DNA of 36,771 nt from Eubacteriales bacterium. Lineage in GTDB: Bacteria > Bacillota > Clostridia > Oscillospirales > CAG-272. The DNA lies in NCBI GenBank assembly GCA_045633385.1, contig JAZQYE010000259.1, positions 1-36,771 of the forward strand, read 5' to 3'. Of this stretch, positions 16,173-24,700 are shown in pieces (the first letter of the stretch is position 1; each line of letters opens with the position of its first letter). The position numbers were made by a program, and so were the translations under genes. The notes under the pieces are model-generated. The model was not told where the DNA came from. It made no database searches and was given only the letters and a program-made list of their open reading frames with translations.

Positions 16173-16829
16173 TTACGGTCGGCACTCTCCCCAATATGCT
16201 TCCGTGTTCCAATCGGCAACAAAGCACAGCTCTTTTTGCGTAGCAGGGTGCACAAAGGTGAGTCGATGGGAGAAGAGTGCAATGGGACAGCGGTCTCCGC
16301 GCGCGCCGTATTTGCCGTCGCCAAGGAGTGCAAGTCCACGGGATGCAAACTGTACGCGTATCTGATGCGTGCGCCCCGTATGGAGTCTGACGCGTACCAG
16401 CGACACCGTTCCGAACGTATCCGTTTGCGCGGTGTGCTCGGTCTGGTAATCGAGCAATGCTTCCTTGACACCTGCGCGTGTGCGCTCGACCACAAAGGTT
16501 TTGTTGCGCGTGCGGTCGTGGAAGAGCAGGTCACGCATCTCTCCCGTAAGCGGCGAGGGTGTGCCGTGTACTAAGGCGAGGTATTCCTTTTGCAGGCGAT
16601 GCTGTTGTACCGCCGCCGAGAGCTTTGCCGCCGTCGCAGGTGTTTTTGCATACACCATAACGCCGCCCACGCCGCGGTCCAAGCGGTGCACCGTGCCAAT
16701 ATAACCGCCCGTATGCGCGGCAAGAAGATCGGCAAAGCCCTTTTGGTCGGGCGTTTGCTCTGAGACAAGCTCGGGCGGTTTGATTGCAACGACGAGGTGT
16801 GCATCCTCATAAAGAAGGTTCAGATCCAT
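16173..16829 (-). CDS. RluA-family pseudouridine synthase (no S4 domain)
   Basis: LYED, VHRLD catalytic Asp, KEYLALV, LHTGRTHQIRVQ, GDGKYG; start ATG 16829 with RBS AAAGGA. Confidence 0.9.
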   Translation of the reverse strand: MDLNLLYEDAHLVVAIKPPELVSEQTPDQKGFADLLAAHTGGYIGTVHRLDRGVGGVMVYAKTPATAAKLSAAVQQHRLQKEYLALVHGTPSPLTGEMRDLLFHDRTRNKTFVVERTRAGVKEALLDYQTEHTAQTDTFGTVSLVRVRLHTGRTHQIRVQFASRGLALLGDGKYGARGDRCPIALFSHRLTFVHPATQKELCFVADWNTEAYWGECRP

Positions 16830-16872
16830 AAAAACAATTCCTTTTACCGATATTTTGAATGATAGAAAAGAG

Positions 16873-17685
16873 ATGATGGCAATGCCAAAAAATGCCGAAA
16901 ATGAAGCACGTATGTGCAAAAACGAGCCGTTTTACGATCTTGAGTCACGTTTTTCGAGCCTGCGCGTTCGCGTTTTTGATGAAATTGATTCTACCAATGC
17001 CGAAGCTAAGCGCATGGTTGCCGACGGTTTTGCGGGAGAGCGAGCCCTTTTGGTTGCCTACGCGCAAAGTGCAGGGCGTGGCAGAATGGGGCGCAGCTTT
17101 TATTCCCCTGCCGATACGGGCGCGTATTTCAGCGTGCTGTGCCGCGTGCGGACCGAGCTGTGCGAGGCTGTTACCGTGACCTCCGCGGCGGCGGTTGCCG
17201 TGATGCGTGCCGTGCGCCGTTTGACGGGCTTGCAGGCAGAGATCAAGTGGGTGAACGACCTGTATCTGCATGAAAAAAAGATCTGCGGTATTTTGACCGA
17301 GAGCACGGGAGTGGGGGATGAGAGATTCCAGATCGTAGGTATCGGAATCAATCTTCACACCGATCAATTTCCACCCGAATTGCAAAGCATTGCGGGCTCG
17401 ATCGGTTGTGCGGAGCTGGCACGCGATGCGCTGATCTGTGCCGTTTACGAGGAGCTGGAGCCTTATCTCAACGATCCCTTTGACCGGTCTTGGCTGAACG
17501 ATTACCGCGTCTATTCCTGCGTGCTCGGTCGCCCCGTTCAATGGCTTTGCGACGGTGTTCAAGCCTGCGGCTTTGCCGAGGCGATCGACGATTCGGGAGC
17601 ACTGTTGGTGCGTGACGAAACGGGGAAAACGGTCAGATTGTTCAGCGGAGAGATCTCTGTTCGAACCTCTTTTCGCAAAGTTTAG
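16873..17685 (+). CDS. birA: Biotin--[acetyl-CoA-carboxylase] ligase, no N-terminal HTH (start uncertain)
   Basis: DSTN, QSAGRGRMGRSFYSP, IKWVNDL, KICGILTE, GIGIN, SGEIS. Confidence 0.9.
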   Translation: MMAMPKNAENEARMCKNEPFYDLESRFSSLRVRVFDEIDSTNAEAKRMVADGFAGERALLVAYAQSAGRGRMGRSFYSPADTGAYFSVLCRVRTELCEAVTVTSAAAVAVMRAVRRLTGLQAEIKWVNDLYLHEKKICGILTESTGVGDERFQIVGIGINLHTDQFPPELQSIAGSIGCAELARDALICAVYEELEPYLNDPFDRSWLNDYRVYSCVLGRPVQWLCDGVQACGFAEAIDDSGALLVRDETGKTVRLFSGEISVRTSFRKV

Positions 17686-17740
17686 GCTTCTTCAAAATCA
17701 ATAATAAGAATTATTCTAAATTTAAATAATTCTATGTAAA

Positions 17741-17782
17741 GCGGCGTGGGAAGTCGAAAAAATCGGCTTTTTGCGCCGTTTT
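17741..17782 (+). terminator. Long hairpin with T-run after birA
   Basis: GCGGCGTGGGAAGTCGA-AAAAA-TCGGCTTTTTGCGCCGT then TTT; needs several G-U pairs. Confidence 0.55.
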
Positions 17783-17858
17783 GTACAATATTATAGCACG
17801 AAAATGAAAAAAGTGTGAGACGTTCACAGAAAGTTAACATCAAAATGCGTGTGGGTTC

Positions 17859-17887
17859 TTGCTTTTTTGTCGAAAAAAGGATAGAAT
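17859..17887 (+). promoter_or_regulatory. Putative sigma-A promoter for GH30
   Basis: TTGCTT-17 nt-TAGAAT; a second TATAAT lies at 17898. Confidence 0.5.
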
Positions 17888-17931
17888 ATTAGTGCTGTAT
17901 AATTCTCTATAAAACAGGAGTGTTTGATAAA

Positions 17932-19236
17932 ATGAATTTGATAAGAGAAAAGCGTCTCCTTGGAAACCACAGACCCGAGGAAGAGATGCACATGATCAAT
18001 ATATATCCTGAGTTGGAAAAGCAAACGATCCTTGGCTTTGGCGGTGCGTTCACCGAGGCGGCGGCATACAACTATGCGCAAATGTCTCCCGAGGCTAAAA
18101 AGGAGGTTTTGACCAAATATTTCGACCCCCAAACAGGTGCGGGCTACACGGTGGGGCGCGTACATATCGGTTCCTGCGATTTTGCGCTCGACCTTTACAG
18201 CGAGGCTTACTGCGAGGATCTTTCCGACTTTAACATCGAGCAGGATAAAAAATACGTCATTCCCATGCTCAAGGATGCGTTGGAGCTGGTTGGCGACCGC
18301 TTGTTTCTGTTTGCTTCTCCTTGGAGTCCTCCCGCATTCATGAAGGATAACGGCTCCCTCATCGGTGGCGGCTCGCTGAAAAAGGAGTATTACGCAACCT
18401 ATGCCGATTACTTTGTCAAGTTCATTCAGGCGTACGCCGCAGAGGGAATCAAGATCCACGCCGTAACGGTGCAAAACGAGGCACACGCCCTGCAAACGTG
18501 GGAGAGTTGTCTTTACACCGCAGAGCAAGAGGCAGATTTTGCCGCTCACTATCTGCGCCCCGCACTTGACCAAAACGGACTTTCCAACGTCAAGATCATC
18601 ATTTGGGATCACAACCGCGAGCGCGTGGTTGACCGTGCAATGGAGAGCTTTGCTTCTGCCGAGGCGAGAGATGCCGTTTGGGGTATGGGCTTCCACTGGT
18701 ATTCGGGTGCTCACTACAATGCCTTGGATATTGCACGCAGCATATATCCCGAAAAGATCTTTTTGGAAACCGAGCTTTGCCATGAGAGCTCCGAGAGCTT
18801 TAACGACGATCGTCGCAACACCGATTACGCCAAGGAATATCTTTCTTGCCTGCGTCACGGTGCTTCCGGTATTTGCGATTGGAACCTCATTCTGGATGCG
18901 GTAGAGGGAGGTCCCTACCATTGCCGTACCACGGGTGGCTGTGCGGCGGCACTCTACTATGACGAAAAGACCAAGGGTGTGATCACCGACGGCATTTACG
19001 GCGTGATCAAGACCGTTGCCTGCGAGATCGAAAGAGGAGACGTAGTGGTTACCACGACCTCTGCAACGCCTGCTTTGTGTGAGGCAGCTGTTAAAAAGCA
19101 GGACGGACGCGTGATCCTCTTCGTGCTCAATCTTTCTAACGAGGAGCAGGAGGTCAACGTGCGTATGAACGGCGCTGTGACGGCGTTTACGTTGCCTGCC
19201 AATACGCTCTCCGCAAACGAGTTCACAGCAAATTAA
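17932..19236 (+). CDS. Glycoside hydrolase family 30 (glucosylceramidase-like); start uncertain (17920/17932/17986)
   Basis: QTILGFGGAFTEAA, IGSCDF, ASPWSPPAFMK, acid/base VQNE, WDHNR, FHWY, nucleophile ETELC, DWNLILD. Confidence 0.9.
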   Translation: MNLIREKRLLGNHRPEEEMHMINIYPELEKQTILGFGGAFTEAAAYNYAQMSPEAKKEVLTKYFDPQTGAGYTVGRVHIGSCDFALDLYSEAYCEDLSDFNIEQDKKYVIPMLKDALELVGDRLFLFASPWSPPAFMKDNGSLIGGGSLKKEYYATYADYFVKFIQAYAAEGIKIHAVTVQNEAHALQTWESCLYTAEQEADFAAHYLRPALDQNGLSNVKIIIWDHNRERVVDRAMESFASAEARDAVWGMGFHWYSGAHYNALDIARSIYPEKIFLETELCHESSESFNDDRRNTDYAKEYLSCLRHGASGICDWNLILDAVEGGPYHCRTTGGCAAALYYDEKTKGVITDGIYGVIKTVACEIERGDVVVTTTSATPALCEAAVKKQDGRVILFVLNLSNEEQEVNVRMNGAVTAFTLPANTLSANEFTAN

Positions 19237-19379
19237 GGTCGCTTTTTGCGATCGGTCATAGGGGATAATACCCCTAAAAAACAACACGTATTGCGTTTTG
19301 CACGCTGTAATCCTTTTAAACAGGGGTGTTTTGCAAAATGCAACAAAACAAAAATACCAAAACGATAAAGGACTGTTAC

Positions 19380-20096
19380 ATGTTAGAATTTAAGCACGTA
19401 TCTTACGAAACCCCCGACCACAAGGAGATCATTCGTGACGTCAGCCTCAAGATCGACGACCGCTTTGTTGCGATCACGGGACCGAACGGAAGCGGAAAAT
19501 CGACCATGGCAAAGCTCGTTGCCGGAATTTATATGCCCACCGCAGGGCAGATCCTTCTGGACGGCGAGGATATTACTTCGCTTTCTATTACCGAGAGAGC
19601 AAAACGCGGCATCAGCTTCGCTTTTCAACAGCCGGTGCGCTTTAAGGGCATTACGGTCAAGGAGCTGATCTCCATTGCGTCCGGCAAAAATATCTCGGTT
19701 ACCGAGGCTTGCGCATATCTTTCCGAGGTGGGACTTTGCGCAAAGGACTATATCAACCGAGAGGTTGACGGCTCGCTCTCCGGCGGAGAGCTCAAGCGCA
19801 TCGAGATTGCAATGATCAATGCGCGCGGCACAAAGCTTTCGGTCTTTGACGAGCCCGAAGCGGGAATTGATTTGTGGAGCTTTAACAATCTGATTCGCGT
19901 TTTTCGCGATATGTACGAAAGAACCAAGGGCACGATCCTGATCATTTCGCATCAGGAGCGTATTTTGGACATTGCGGATAAGATCATCGTAATTGCCGAC
20001 GGCAAGGTTGCCGCTTACGGTGCCAAGAACGAGATCTTGCCCGAGCTGCTCGGTGCGCAGGTCGGCTGTCGCTTTTTTGAGGAGGTGCGCAAATAA
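19380..20096 (+). CDS. sufC: SufC-like ABC ATPase (Fe-S assembly)
   Basis: GPNGSGKS, ITERAKRGISFAFQQP, LSGGELKRIE, FDEPEAGID; stop overlaps the next start (TAATG). Confidence 0.88.
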   Translation: MLEFKHVSYETPDHKEIIRDVSLKIDDRFVAITGPNGSGKSTMAKLVAGIYMPTAGQILLDGEDITSLSITERAKRGISFAFQQPVRFKGITVKELISIASGKNISVTEACAYLSEVGLCAKDYINREVDGSLSGGELKRIEIAMINARGTKLSVFDEPEAGIDLWSFNNLIRVFRDMYERTKGTILIISHQERILDIADKIIVIADGKVAAYGAKNEILPELLGAQVGCRFFEEVRK

Positions 20097-21013
20097 TGGA
20101 TGCAATTCAAAAAAGCTTATTGGAGCAGGTGGCGGATATTCACGACGTGCCGCAGGGTGCGTATTCCTTGCGCATTAACGGCAACCTGTACGGCAAAAAC
20201 GACTCCGAAAACATTTCTATCGTGCAAAAGCAGGATAAGCCCGGTATTGACATTTACGTCAAGGCGGGTACCAAAAACGAGAGCTTGCACATTCCCGTTC
20301 TGCTTTCTCAAACGGGACTGAAGGAGCTTGTTTATAACGACTTCCATATTGGGGCAGATTGCGATATTACCATTGTGGCAGGCTGTGGTATTCACAACAG
20401 CGGCAGCCTTGAAAGTGAGCACAGCGGCATTCACGCCTTCTATCTCGACGAGGGCGCAAAGGTCAAATATATCGAAAAGCACTACGGCGACGGAGAGGGA
20501 ACCGGCAAAAACGTCATGAACCCCACGACCGTTGCGGTGCTTGGCAAAAACAGCTACATGGAAATGGAAACTGCGCAGATCAAGGGCGTGGATTCCACCA
20601 AGCGCGATACGAAGGCGGTGCTGGAGGACGGCGCTACGCTGATCGTTCGTGAAAAGATCATGACGCACGGCACGCAGTTTGCCGAGACCAACTTTACCGT
20701 TGACCTCAACGGCGAGGATTGCGGAACGCACGTGATCTCCCGTTCGGTAGCAAAGGATCAGAGCCGTCAGAGCTTTTTGTCTCACGTCAACGGTAACAAC
20801 CGTTGCTCGGGACACACCGAGTGTGATGCCATTATCATGGATGACGCTCAGGTTACGGCGCTTCCGCAAATCGAAGCAAACCACGTAGATGCATCGCTGA
20901 TCCACGAGGCGGCGATCGGAAAGATCGCCGGTGAACAGCTGATCAAGCTGATGACGTTGGGATTGACCGAGCAGGAGGCCGAGGAGCATATCGTAAACGG
21001 ATTCCTCAAATAA
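20096..21013 (+). CDS. SufB/SufD-family Fe-S scaffold protein (minimal SUF-like system)
   Basis: AGCGIH, GHTECDAII, LIHEAAIGKIAGEQLIKLMTLGLTEQEAEEHIVNGFL. Confidence 0.9.
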   Translation: MDAIQKSLLEQVADIHDVPQGAYSLRINGNLYGKNDSENISIVQKQDKPGIDIYVKAGTKNESLHIPVLLSQTGLKELVYNDFHIGADCDITIVAGCGIHNSGSLESEHSGIHAFYLDEGAKVKYIEKHYGDGEGTGKNVMNPTTVAVLGKNSYMEMETAQIKGVDSTKRDTKAVLEDGATLIVREKIMTHGTQFAETNFTVDLNGEDCGTHVISRSVAKDQSRQSFLSHVNGNNRCSGHTECDAIIMDDAQVTALPQIEANHVDASLIHEAAIGKIAGEQLIKLMTLGLTEQEAEEHIVNGFLK

Positions 21014-21049
21014 AAAGCAAATATGAGGCTGAATGCCTCTCCCCAAAGC

Positions 21050-21090
21050 AGGAGAGACGAATGCAAAGTGCATTTGTCTCTCCTTTCCTT
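21050..21090 (+). terminator. Intrinsic terminator after sufBD
   Basis: AGGAGAGACGAATGCA-AAG-TGCATTTGTCTCTCCT followed by a pyrimidine run. Confidence 0.72.
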
Positions 21091-21226
21091 CTTGCTACTT
21101 CTCAAATTGTGTCTTCAAAATGAGAAAACGAGCGTTTTGCGGTTTAAAAAATGCTCGAAAATGGCTTTGCGGCACAAAATGAGTCAATTTTCTTTTTGTG
21201 CAAAGTGTAGAAAAATGATGCTAAAA

Positions 21227-21245
21227 TTTGTGCACCATGCACAAA
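21227..21245. promoter_or_regulatory. Palindrome TTTGTGCA-N3-TGCACAAA, candidate operator
   Basis: Perfect 8-3-8 inverted repeat; half-sites recur nearby. Confidence 0.5.
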
Positions 21246-21294
21246 AATAAATAGATATTTCTGGGCGTGCGGCTTTTTAGAATCGGTCAAAAAT

Positions 21295-21313
21295 TAGTAA
21301 ATACAATTTACTA
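21295..21313. promoter_or_regulatory. Palindrome TAGTAAAT-N3-ATTTACTA, candidate operator 1
   Basis: Perfect 8-3-8 inverted repeat. Confidence 0.5.
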
Positions 21314-21401
21314 TCCAAAATATGTAAATTTCGTCGCTCGTAAAAGTGCACAAAAATCGGGTGTTTTAACAAAAATGTCGTATATTTTGCGACGAAAAAC
21401 A

Positions 21402-21416
21402 GTAAATAAGATTTAC
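21402..21416. promoter_or_regulatory. Palindrome GTAAAT-N3-ATTTAC, candidate operator 2
   Basis: Same core as 21297-21311, 105 bp downstream. Confidence 0.48.
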
Positions 21417-21552
21417 ATTCGCGTTTTGCGGAGATTGTGAACAAAATGCGAACGGATTTATTTGTAAACTTTTTGGAACGGCTTTTTGACCGATAAGTGA
21501 ATTTCGAGCGGCGAAAAAGTGATTTTTTTTGGTTTTTTTAGAGAGGTTCTAC

Positions 21553-21581
21553 TTGACAGAAAAGCAATTTTGTGGTATGAT
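21553..21581 (+). promoter_or_regulatory. Sigma-A promoter of the transporter operon
   Basis: TTGACA-17 nt-TATGAT with extended -10 TG-n. Confidence 0.78.
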
Positions 21582-21587
21582 ATTATA

Positions 21588-21793
21588 TATATTTGGGGAA
21601 ACTCTGCCCAAAAACCGTCTGTTTGGTAGAGTTTGTTTGAGCGTCGAGCCTGAAAACGGTGTGCAAAGTCCGTCTTTGCCTGCCGCTTGGGGCAAGGTGT
21701 ACCCAACCGCAGAGCCGTCCGGCAAACGGATTTGCGGCTGCAAACGAAAAACAAACGGACGGGAGCGTTAATTACTTGCAGGAGGAAATGCAA
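21588..21793 (+). ncRNA. Candidate structured 5' leader (~200 nt), not matched to a known riboswitch
   Basis: GC-richer than the upstream intergenic DNA, with several hairpins and mutually exclusive pairings between the promoter and the RBS. Confidence 0.35.
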
Positions 21794-24700
21794 ATGAGAA
21801 ACAAAACTTTCACAAGACTTCTTTGTTTTGCTTTGGCACTGATGTGTCTTGTGAGCAGCGCTGTAACGGTTGTTGGTGCCGCAGAGGTAGTCAACGACAA
21901 TCTTACGGACAAAACCATTGACGACTACAAGGAAACCCTGAACATGATTTCCTACGCCGAGTATCAGGCAATGTATTTTGCCAATGCTACGCAGGCTACC
22001 AAGGAGATCGTTGCCTTGTTGACCGACAATTGGATGTTCGAGTGCGATAACATCGTCATCACACAAAGCGGTGATGCTTGGAAGATGATCGTACTGGACG
22101 ACGTCTATTTTGAATCGGTCGATAAAGCATCGGCGGCGGGTTATGCGGCGAGTGCACTTTATCAGGTTGCAGACGGTCGTCTGCGTCTGATCGCAGAGAG
22201 CTACAACTCCCTGGCAGATGCGCTTGCGGCAAAGGATGCCAGCGGAAAAGCAAAGTATGAAAAATCCGAGCTGGCGTACGTAACCGACGAGTACAACGGT
22301 GTTTCCGCAATCTACACGCCCAACCGCGGTGAGGTCACCTGGACCATCGACCTGAAGGCTGCAGGCGTTACCGTTCCCACGCTTTACAGCATCGGCATGG
22401 ATTATTTCCCCGTTGTGGCAAGATCCTCTGCCATTGAGCGTGAGCTTTACATCAACGGTAAGCCCGCATACGCAGAGTCCCACGCGCTGGTCTTCTCCAA
22501 GGTTTGGGGATCCTACCAGCAGGGAAGTGTCAACGACGGTACGACCGCAAACCTCAAGGCTTTGGTTGCCACCTACACCTTGGGCAAGAAGGATGATCTG
22601 AATACGATCGTAAAAGAGGCTGAAGAGGCAGGCTTTAAGGCAAACGTTACCTACACCGTAGCCGAGGACCAAAAGTCCATTGCTTTCGTAATGCCCGAGT
22701 ATTCCACCGTAAAGAATGCGGCGTTTATTGAAAAGTACGGTCTGCGTTTCTTCACGACCGATATCAACAATAACGAGATCCGTCCTACGCAGTTGCAAAA
22801 TCCCGAGTGGAGAAAGTACATCATCAGCGACAGCGACGGTTATACGCACTACTACGAGGCGGTCAACGCCGAGGGTGAAAAGGTTGGTACTTACGACAGT
22901 GAGTATTTCGGCTTTGTTCTGACCCCCGACGAAAACGGTCAGTTCAAGCTCAAGCTCAAGAGCGTAAACGAGCCCATGGCTCTTTCCACTCTGACGCTTA
23001 TGCCTTACGAGTCCACTTATTCTTATGAGGACTATCGCAAGACGCTGGAGTCTATGATCGGCACCACCCAGGGTAACAGTGTGATCAAGATCGAGGCAGA
23101 GAACACGCAAAAGACCTCTACCAACGTTGTGTACCCGATCGAGGACCGTGCATCTGCACTGACCTCTCCCGTAGACCCCAAGAGAATGCTCTTGAACACC
23201 ATCGGTACCGAAAAGTGGGCAACTGCAGGCCAGTGGGTTGAATACTCCTTCTCTGTAGATAGCTCCGGATGGTACGACATCTATGCACGCTTTAAGCAGA
23301 GCTACCTTGACGGTATGTACGTCAGCCGTGCACTGACCATTACTACCAATTATGAAAATGAAGAAGCTTACCTTGCGGAGCAGGGTACCGTTGCAGGTTA
23401 TTATAACGGCTTGCCCTTTGCCGAGGCTGCCGGCCTGCGCTACGACTACGGTACCGATTGGCAGGTAACCAAGCTTTCCTCCACAGGCAATCTTTCGGAT
23501 GACAGCTATCAGCTGTACTTCCGTGAGGGCGTTGTATATACAATTAATTTGAAGGTCACCTTCGGTACGATGAGTGATACCGTTCGCGAGATTGAGCGTA
23601 TTCTGAATGCATTGAACAAGGATTACCTCTCCATCATTCAGTTGACCGGTACGACCCCCGACGATTACCGTGACTACAAGTTCTACAGTATGCTTCCCGA
23701 AACGCTGGACAGCATGTTCGCTGAGATCGAGTCCTTGAAGGCAATTTCTCAGTTCTTGCGCGAGGGTGCGGGCGTTGCATCCACCTACACGGGTGTGTGT
23801 GATAAATTGGTAGATTTGCTTGGTAGAATGGTTATCAAGGGCGGTGACCCCATTGCAAAGAACCTGGATACATTTAAGAGCTACGTCGGTTCCTTGGGTA
23901 CTTTCCTGAGTGACGCAAAGACCCAGCCTCTGCAGCTTGACTATCTGGTCATTCAGCCTGCCGAGAACGAGGCTCCCAAGGCTTCCGCAAACTTCTTCCA
24001 ATCCTTCTGGCACGAGATCAAAGGCTTCTACTGGAGCTTCTTCCGTGATTACAACAGCATGGGCGCTACCGAGGAGCTCGGTGATGATGTTGAGGCTGTT
24101 ACCGTATGGGTTCCCTACGGTCGTGACCAAGCAAACGTTATTCGTAACTTGACTACCAACAGCTTTACTCAGCTGTATGGTAGATCCGTTGACCTGAAGC
24201 TCGTTAACGGCGGTACGCTTCTGCCTTCTATTCTGGCAGATATGGGACCTGACGTTTACCACGGCTTGGGCGACGATACGGTTATCAACTACGCAATTCG
24301 TGGAGCGCTCCTTCCCATCGAGGGGGTTGATCCCGAGAATTTTGATGACGTTATCTCCAACTTTAACGAAGCGGCGCTGACGGTTCTTCGCATTGCCGAT
24401 GCGGATAACATCATGCACTACTACGGTTTGCCCGAAACGCAAGGCTTCTCTATGATGTTCGTTCGTTTGGACATTCTGCAGGATCTCGGTATTGAGATCC
24501 CCCGTACATGGGATGACCTGTACGAGGCACAGTCCAAGCTGCAGGCAAACAACATGGAGATCGGTGTTACCACCGACTACATGCCCTTCCTCTATCAGAT
24601 GGGCGGAAGCATTTGGGCTGACGAAGGTATGAGAATCAACCTCGACTCCGAGGTAGGTCTTGCAGCCTTCAATAAGATGTGTGATATGTTCACGCAGTAT

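Noticed and set aside
21023-21250. 75-aa ORF after sufBD
   Set aside because: No RBS, spans the terminator hairpin and AT-rich palindromic DNA
21195-21452. Possible CRISPR array or MITE in the palindrome-rich intergenic region
   Set aside because: No regularly spaced 23-47-bp direct repeats, no long terminal inverted repeats with target duplication, no cas or transposase genes
21588-21793. Known riboswitch (c-di-GMP-I, c-di-AMP, T-box) in the leader
   Set aside because: GGCAAA/GCAAAG words are present but not in the order or stem context of those families; kept only as an unclassified candidate
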